Of a stretch of DNA of 64,000 nt, positions 56,549 to 64,000 are shown piece after piece. This DNA comes from Octopus vulgaris (taxonomy: Eukaryota). The notes under the pieces are model-generated. The model was not told where the DNA came from, ran no database searches, and was given only the letters and a program-made list of their open reading frames with translations. The stretch covers positions 21,266,001 through 21,330,000 of the forward strand of contig OX597842.1 in assembly GCA_951406725.2 (NCBI GenBank), in the 5' to 3' direction. Every line of letters begins with the position of its first letter. The stretch's first letter is position 1. The position numbers and the translations under genes are program-made.

Positions 56549-57377
56549 GGATAGATAGATAGATACATGTCTCCAGTTCTAGTTTAGTCTTCTTTACCCT
56601 TTTTATCTCATTCATCAACAACTGCTCGTCGTTAATTTTATTCCTATTCTCATCCTTCTCTTTTGTTATAGTTTCAACTTTGTATATCAGCGTCATCCTC
56701 ATCATCATCATCATTCCAAATATTAAGAGCACCATCAGTAAATATTGTCATCATAATCATCGTCTGCGTCCTCGTGGTGGTCGTCACCATCATCGTCATC
56801 ATGATCATCCTCATCATTACTATCATCATCATCCTTATCAGTCATAATCTTAAACCACGCATGCAATGCCATCAGACCAAAACAACTTCATCACTACCAA
56901 ATCCGTCACCGTCAATGCCCTCATCATAATAATTATCGCTTTCATCATCACTTAACACAATGCTATACATCTTCATTATTATCTTCATAATCTTCATTTG
57001 TCATTTTCATAATCGTCTTCACCAAATTGTCTCACTTCTACTTATTTTTCTTCTATTTCAGCAGCTAATTCATTGGACGTAATCTTTGAAATATATGACT
57101 AATCACTACTATGTTTTTACTTCATGAATTATCCTTTCAGATATCTAAACCATAATGCAATCGTGAAAATTGAAAATGGATCGTTTGCAAATCTTCCAAA
57201 CTTACGTGAATTGTAAGCTGAACCAGTCTTGTTCATACTATATTCCTGAGTATATATTTCCTCAAATTTAATATCTTTCTATCTTTCTTTCTTAACATAC
57301 TTTTGCCCTTCTCTAACTCACATTATCTCTCTCTCTCGCATTCTCTGTCTCTCTGTCTCTCTGTCTCTCTGTCTGAC

Positions 57378-57448
<71 letters not shown>

Positions 57449-60400
57449 GTATATGTATGTGAGTGTGTGTGAGTTGAGCGTGTTTGTGTGTGACGATGTG
57501 CGTTTACATAAGTCTTTGTTTCTACATCACTGTTTGGTATATTGTGAAAAGTGCGTATGTAGTCATACCTATATTTATGCCTGAAATGTGTGGATAAATA
57601 TATAGTCCTTCAATGTTTCGTCTTGGGCAGTAGATTCTAAACAATTCTGTGATGATATTACGTTGTCATTTTACCTCCATAAATGAGCAAAAGCTACATT
57701 TATCAAAGGAAAAGCAACAGAAACATCCCGCAGAATGTAATAAAGGAATTAGAACCAGCGGAGAGATACATGCACTTATCGGTATTTGAAGTGGACATGA
57801 TCAAATAATCAGTGATGAAGGAAAGGATCACAATAGAATATTATCGCAGGGAAAAGCAATATTCAAGACGGAGCTGAATGCAAGAAACAGGATCGAAGTG
57901 ATCAGTACTTTTGCTATACAAGTCGTGACTCACAGTTTCAATATCATTAACTGGTCAATTATTGAAATATGTAATCTTGACAGAAAAATACGAAAATTGT
58001 TGACAATGCATAGAATGCACCAGACTAAGGCAGATGTAGAACGATTTTACCTGCCAAGAAATGAGGGTGGCCGTTACATTTACAACTGGAATTAACAATG
58101 GAGAGTGCCACAATTGACCGAAATATCTACCTAAACAACTCTCATGACTGGATGTTAAGACTTGTCTCAAAGCACGAAAACAAGAAAGTGTCATACAAAG
58201 TAACAAAAAATGCAAAGGAATATATAAACGAATTCCAAATACAACAAATCCCAGAATTAGACGTACTAGAAACAAGCTCAGAAAAAGCTAAGAGAATGAA
58301 AGTACATGCAAAGAATCTGACTTAGATATTCTTACAGATAAATGTCAAAGAAAACATCTCAATGGCAAATACCCAAAGAGAGCTAACGGTACCAATGTGG
58401 ATAAAGCCATTACCCATCAATGGTTAGTGTCTTCTAATTTAAAATCAGACACAGACGGATTTAATATAGCAGCTCAAGATCAAGTTCTACCTACAAGAAA
58501 CTACCATATTAAAGAACGGCAGTCACCCAGCATGTCTTGTATGTAAATAACAAAAGGAAACCATTGATGATGTTGTCTCCATGTGCAGTCTTCTTGTGCA
58601 TACAGAATATCTCAACAGGCATGATTGAGCAGCACATCATATTCACTGGTTAATTTGCAAAAACATAGACGTGCCACATGATACAATCTGTTGGGGACAC
58701 GAACACCCTCCAGTTCTTGAAGATGATCGCATCTTATCCTCTAGAACTTCGCCACTCAAAGTGACAGAAAGATAGATGCGAGTAGACGAGGCATTATATA
58801 GAAAAACTACAGGAAAAAAGCATGCCTCCTCATTTAAAACTGTCCCAATCGACATAAAAGTATCTGTCAAAACCTACAAAACCGAGCAAGTGTAAAGATC
58901 TTGAAATAGAAATTAGCAAAATGTGGAAGTAAAACAATGCCTGTTGTCATAGTTGCCCGAGGAATTATAGCAAAAGGCCTGAATCATACCTATCTCAGAT
59001 ACTAGGAAACCCCAAATGGCAGCAACTCAAAAGATAGCGCTAATGGGAACCGCCCATATCCTACGTAAAATACTGTGTATTTAATTTTAAGTTTTAAAAC
59101 AAACTCATTTTCTTTGAACATCATTATGGTCATCTCCTTCAGGAAATCCCCAAACACCGCATTTTTTTCCTTATCTTCCTGCATTTAATTCCGTCGATAT
59201 ATTAAAACTGTTATGGCTAGTCTCTTCTATTATTGAATGTGCTGATATTATTTCTCGCGTCACACCGCATTCTTATGATCCGCCACCACAAAAACCTATT
59301 TCCATTTGAAGAAAAGACTGATGCAATGAATACCTTATGTATAGGTCCTCTAGGCTGCAGCTTTGATACCATAAAATGATCCACGAATGAGATGTGTATC
59401 ACCGAATGAAAACAAAGCAATTCTGTCACAATACACTACATGCATCTCCCAGAGGCAGATATAAATAAACTATACGTCCCACGTGAGGATGTAAGAGTGC
59501 GCAGAAGCTTCTGCCACTCTTGTAAAATAAGAGTAACCATAAGGTTAGATGACAAACAAAAGAAAAGCAAAGACTCTCTATTAGTATGAAAGTAGTAAGA
59601 CATACACACCTTTCTTTTTTCAGTAACTTCCTAAACATTTCTTGCCACTTGTCACAGTGAGATGGTGTGGTGCTACCCAGATCAGGTTTTTCATCACATA
59701 CATGTGAAGCCAAGAAATCCTCCACCCTACTCCAATTCCATGATGTATTGCCCTCGTACCGAAAGCCTGTCTAACGCAACATCTAATCACAGACAACGAA
59801 GATTTCTCTGAGGCTACTTATGAAGTGCTTCAAATTGTATTTTCCACTCAGGACTACGTTGCTCAGCCTTTTTCACAGGAAATCATTTCCTTCTCTTCAA
59901 TGAGGATATTGAAATGTCATGTACGGAGAACTTCCAAATGATCCATGACGGATGCTCTATTCTTAACTCCAGGTCTTAAAATTACCGGGAGACATCCCGT
60001 GTCCACTGTAGATAGTCGCCTTTCAGAATCCTTGTTGCTTTCATAATTAGATTATGTGTCACTCCAGTTAAATTTAAACACCTTCTCCAGGTTTATCACT
60101 GTCTTCTAGATGATGGGTAATAAATGACCGCTACTGAATGAGGAATACCTGCTTTTAAGGCCAACTTTGTTGACTGACGACGCTGAAACTCATGTGACTC
60201 CCTGTCATAAACTATTCAATTAATTTTAGGATCGTCCATGCCATTATGGCAGATGTTGTAAAGAAAGTTAGGTCAAGACTACGACTACAAGTACTCCATC
60301 TTCCACGGTATGACTCAGCTTACAGGTGCAGTTTAGTATTCCCCCACTTTTCACTACATTCACTTGGATGGTGTGGATTTCTCTCTCACTCCACCCTCAC

Positions 60401-61890
60401 CGTCATTATAAATGAAATTTTAAGGCTTCGATGTGAGTTTGATCGTCTTATCCCTCTCTCTTCAACCGTTCTGTATTCTCCACCACACTACCTCTCTGCT
60501 TATAGCCTGTTCGCCTGGTCTTCTTAGTTCCAGTTCATTTGAATGGTTCCAACAAGCAAAATTTGTTGTAGGTTACTGCGATCCAGCCTCTGGAAACACG
60601 ACCGAATCCGGCTTCCTTCAGTGCAGGCGCCAACAGTTGGCATTTGACTAACACAAAATTAGGATTTCATTGGAAACGCATTTGCTACTCATTCTGTCTG
60701 TGATGTACTGTGCAAGCAGGAACCTGTTGTGCTTAGATGATTTTGATATGGAATCCTCGGCATTTAGCCTAATTACGGGTCTCAAATTATTATCAAATAC
60801 ATTTTTTTAAAGTTCTTTCTCAACATTGCCGTGACCCCCACCATTTATCAGGGCTAAGAATCATCTCGTTCTTCTTCCCTTTGCTGTAGACACCTGCCAT
60901 TGCACTCACTGCTATTTATGGCAAATACTTTTACACTGCGTAAGGCTGATCCTCAAGCCATGGCGACATCTAATCCGGCATCTCGAATACCGCAACAATT
61001 TTCCACCATTTGTAGAACGCCGTAGTTTCATTCGAGTGTTGCCGCAAGCCGTCTACGTAGACGGTTAAGAGCTTCATTGTCAATGGACCACTAATCTCCA
61101 CAAACTGATGCACATAGTGTTCCCTAAAGGCCGCAAATATCTGCTTAGAATAGAAGAGAACGCATCTCACCTGATTCTTCGACACCAAATTGTTTTCCGT
61201 TGCCACGTTGCACCAACGCTCATTCACCCATATGTCGGACATTGTCATTAAAGCATGCAAAAATGAAAACAATCCTAGTGTTTACCGTTGGAGAAGCGGA
61301 CAAGAGCCAATCTCGTCGGTGGCAGCGCCACTTGCAGCATATTGGGTAGCCCCTTTATTCTCTCTAGAGTGTGTTTCTGTGTAGAAATATATATAAATTT
61401 ATATGTATATAATTCATATTTGTGTGTATGTGTATGTGTTCCTGAGCTTAAATCTTTTTCCCTACCTCTTCATTTACTTATATATAAATTCACATATATT
61501 TCTTCTTGTTCATATGGAAAAGTTATTATCTTCCTAATTCTAATTGATCCTTTATGGCTCTTTTCACGGTTAAACAAACAGAAATTGGAATTTATGCTGC
61601 AACATTCAAAATTTTAATCAAGTTCAATTAAAATATTACATGTGACGTAGATTTCATGAATATCAATGTTAATATTAAAACTAACGAAATCAAAATACTC
61701 TATCATTAGTTTAAACGAAGTGCATTTAAAGAACGGTTTAAATGCAACAAAATTTATAGTTGGAAATCCGTGTTATATAGAGTTTTGCATTTCAACGGGG
61801 GGGGGGGATATCTAAATTTATTTATAAATAAATAAAGAGGTAGCGATAAAATGACTTAAGGTCAGCAAGAAAAATGGACACACAAGCATG

Positions 61891-61936
<46 letters not shown>

Positions 61937-62380
61937 CTTATAAACAAGGGCAAAAGAAAAGAATTCAATGCCAAATATGCCGAAATAGACTTAATCGTCA
62001 ATAACCATATAATTTATCGCTATAAGCACGCGTCTCGAAAGCAAGTTCATAGATATTTCTAAAAAAATTTCGTTATTATCGGATCGATCCCATTTCTGAG
62101 TTAATTCATTTAGAATTTTCTCGACATTAGCGATAAATACGATAAGAAAATAAATGAGATACTTACTTGTACCTATGGAAGAAGTAAACACTAAGTCATG
62201 AGCACACTTAAGTACCCCAAATATATCCAAAAATAGAAATTCCGCAGCAGTGCTCGAGACACGTGTGAACGGACTGAAAATTGTATGATTTAAAAGATTT
62301 CACGCTGTTTAGTTACTTATTTAGTAGTTGTAATTTATTTATTGAATTATTTATTGATACGGTTATACATAGGGTAAATG
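56020..62380 (+). repeat. Segmental duplicate of about 40350-46580 (exon+intron cassette)
   Basis: Colinear paralogous ORFs (e.g. 42940/59217, 43966/60246, 44159/60433, 44910/61190) and shared TE relics. Confidence 0.95.
57141..57212 (+). CDS. LRR exon 4 (72 nt): LYLNHNAIVKIENGSFANLPNLRE
   Basis: atcctttcag acceptor, gtaagc donor, phase 2/2. Confidence 0.92.
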
Positions 62381-62580
62381 TGGTTGAAATTTGTGGGCTT
62401 TTAAATTTTTTTGTTCCCAAACAACACATATTTTAGTGCTGTTGACACCGCCGGAGTGAGGGGTAATGACCAGGTGTCGAAACCATAATGGTAACCGTGG
62501 GGTAGCTGATGATACAGGTATGTTGGATTGTTGCTATGGTTGTGGAATAGTATTATAACACACATCCTTTTAATATATAG

Positions 62581-62617
<37 letters not shown>

Positions 62618-62900
62618 TGTGTGTGTTTGCGTGTTTGTGTGTCGGTAGATTAAATTTACGGTAAAATAACAGTCGAAAACAGGTGTTAAATTCAACGCTC
62701 GGGAAAGTGAGAAATTCTTTTACTTTCGAGCCTATGCTCCTCAACAGAAAGAGAAAGGAGAACATGAACAAAAAGGGATTAAAAATCTTGTCGATTTAGG
62801 GATCAAGCATGGCAACTGGTTAGGAAAAGCATAGCTTGATGGGAGAGATAGAGAGTCGGCGAGATAATAAACAACTGGAGATCCCAAAACAATGGTGTGC

Positions 62901-64000
62901 GTCCCAGTTATTATCCATTTGGAGGTCCGGACTGAACCAGACCCCGAGCAATTTAACCGGTCCGTCCATCCAGCGTCCCACTACTGAGCCGCAGTCGGAC
63001 GGCATGGGCTTGCTTCTCCAGGTGCCGAGTAGCAAACCCACTGACTTTTCCGGGTTAATTTTCGCTCCCCTCACCGTTTCGTATTTACTTAGTGTCTCGC
63101 CTATCATCTGGATGTGTTTGTCGCTCGACACTATGACGGTGACATCGTCCGCATATGCCGACACGCTCGTCCCGCAACCCAGTTTCCGTGGGATGTCCCT
63201 CAGTGTTTCCAGCTTCCGCAGTAGCGGCTCGAGAGTCAATACATACAGAAGCGCCGACAGGGGACACCCCTGACGGACCGAACGCGTGATGTCAAACGGT
63301 TTCGACAGGTGACCGTTCACCCGAATCACCGATCGGATGCCGCTATACAAGGCAGCGATCCAACCGCGGAAGACGGGACCGAAGCCAGTCGCACTGAGGA
63401 CGGCCGCCAAGTACCGATGGTCGACCCTATCGAAGGCTTTAGACCGATCCAAATTTATCACCACCCCACCCATGCCAGGATCCTTAACTACCCTGTCCAT
63501 AATGTAGCGCATCAGATGGAGGTTATCATGTACGGTTCTGCCCGGCACGGCGCATGTTTGCGCCCTGTCGACCAGTTTACCAATGACAAGCGCCAATCTC
63601 TCGGCTATTACTTTGGCCAAAAGTTTCAAATCTGCGTTGAGCAGAGTGATGGGCCTGAAATTATCTATAAAATTCCCCTTGTTTGGGTCCTTCTTCAGCA
63701 ACGTCACTGCACCTCGGCTCACGAAACCGGGGATTCTCCCGTTTTGTTGCCAGTTGCAGTAGACTGGTGCTAAGAGGTCGCCAAACAAGTCTGGCATTTG
63801 ACAATACAGCACGTAGGGTTAACCATCCAATCCAGGCGACTTATCCCTCGCGCAGCCCGCCATCGCATCCCGCACGTCAGCGGCTGTAATGGGACTTTCA
63901 CAACACTCCGCTTCTCTTGCCGAGAGCCGCGGCAGGTCGGTCAGATAGGCCCTGAAATCCATCCCGCGTTCCGACCCACCACTCGCACCAAACAGTCGAG
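62901..64000 (-). mobile_element. L1/Tx1-clade LINE reverse transcriptase, relatively young
   Basis: SPGLDG*P, NFRPITLLNADLK, LDRSKAFDRVDH, VRQGCPLS, AYADD, GAKINPEKS; continues past the window end. Confidence 0.92.

Noticed and set aside
39182-57212. Naming the LRR gene (TLR, LGR/GRL101, Slit, VLR)
   Set aside because: The C-terminal domains are outside the window, and there is no evidence of somatic rearrangement; the VLR comparison is only an analogy.

Overview
AT-rich, microsatellite-dense eukaryotic DNA. The SINE families, a decayed C2H2 zinc-finger array and the LINE mix point to an octopod cephalopod (Octopus-like); this is inferred from recalled repeat families, not from a search. 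Most ORFs in the track are microsatellite or SINE artefacts. The main feature is a + strand, intron-rich gene for a secreted or surface leucine-rich-repeat (LRR) protein. It has a signal-peptide/LRR-NT exon (CDS 39182-39372) followed by four 72-nt, phase-2/phase-2, single-LRR exons (41403-41474, 48641-48712, 53393-53464, 57141-57212). Three of these exons ride in multi-kb tandem duplicated exon+intron cassettes, and another cassette starts at about 62380 and runs off the window. Differences between the paralogous exons are almost all amino-acid changing and concentrate at the ligand-facing positions around the LRR beta-strand. The left half holds several Penelope-like/retrozyme-like repeats carrying type I hammerhead ribozyme motifs in inverted or partially tandem arrangements. 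It also holds an ankyrin-repeat pseudogene split by a SINE, a C2H2 pseudogene fused to an RTE fragment, long palindromes, and many decayed LINEs and DNA transposons.
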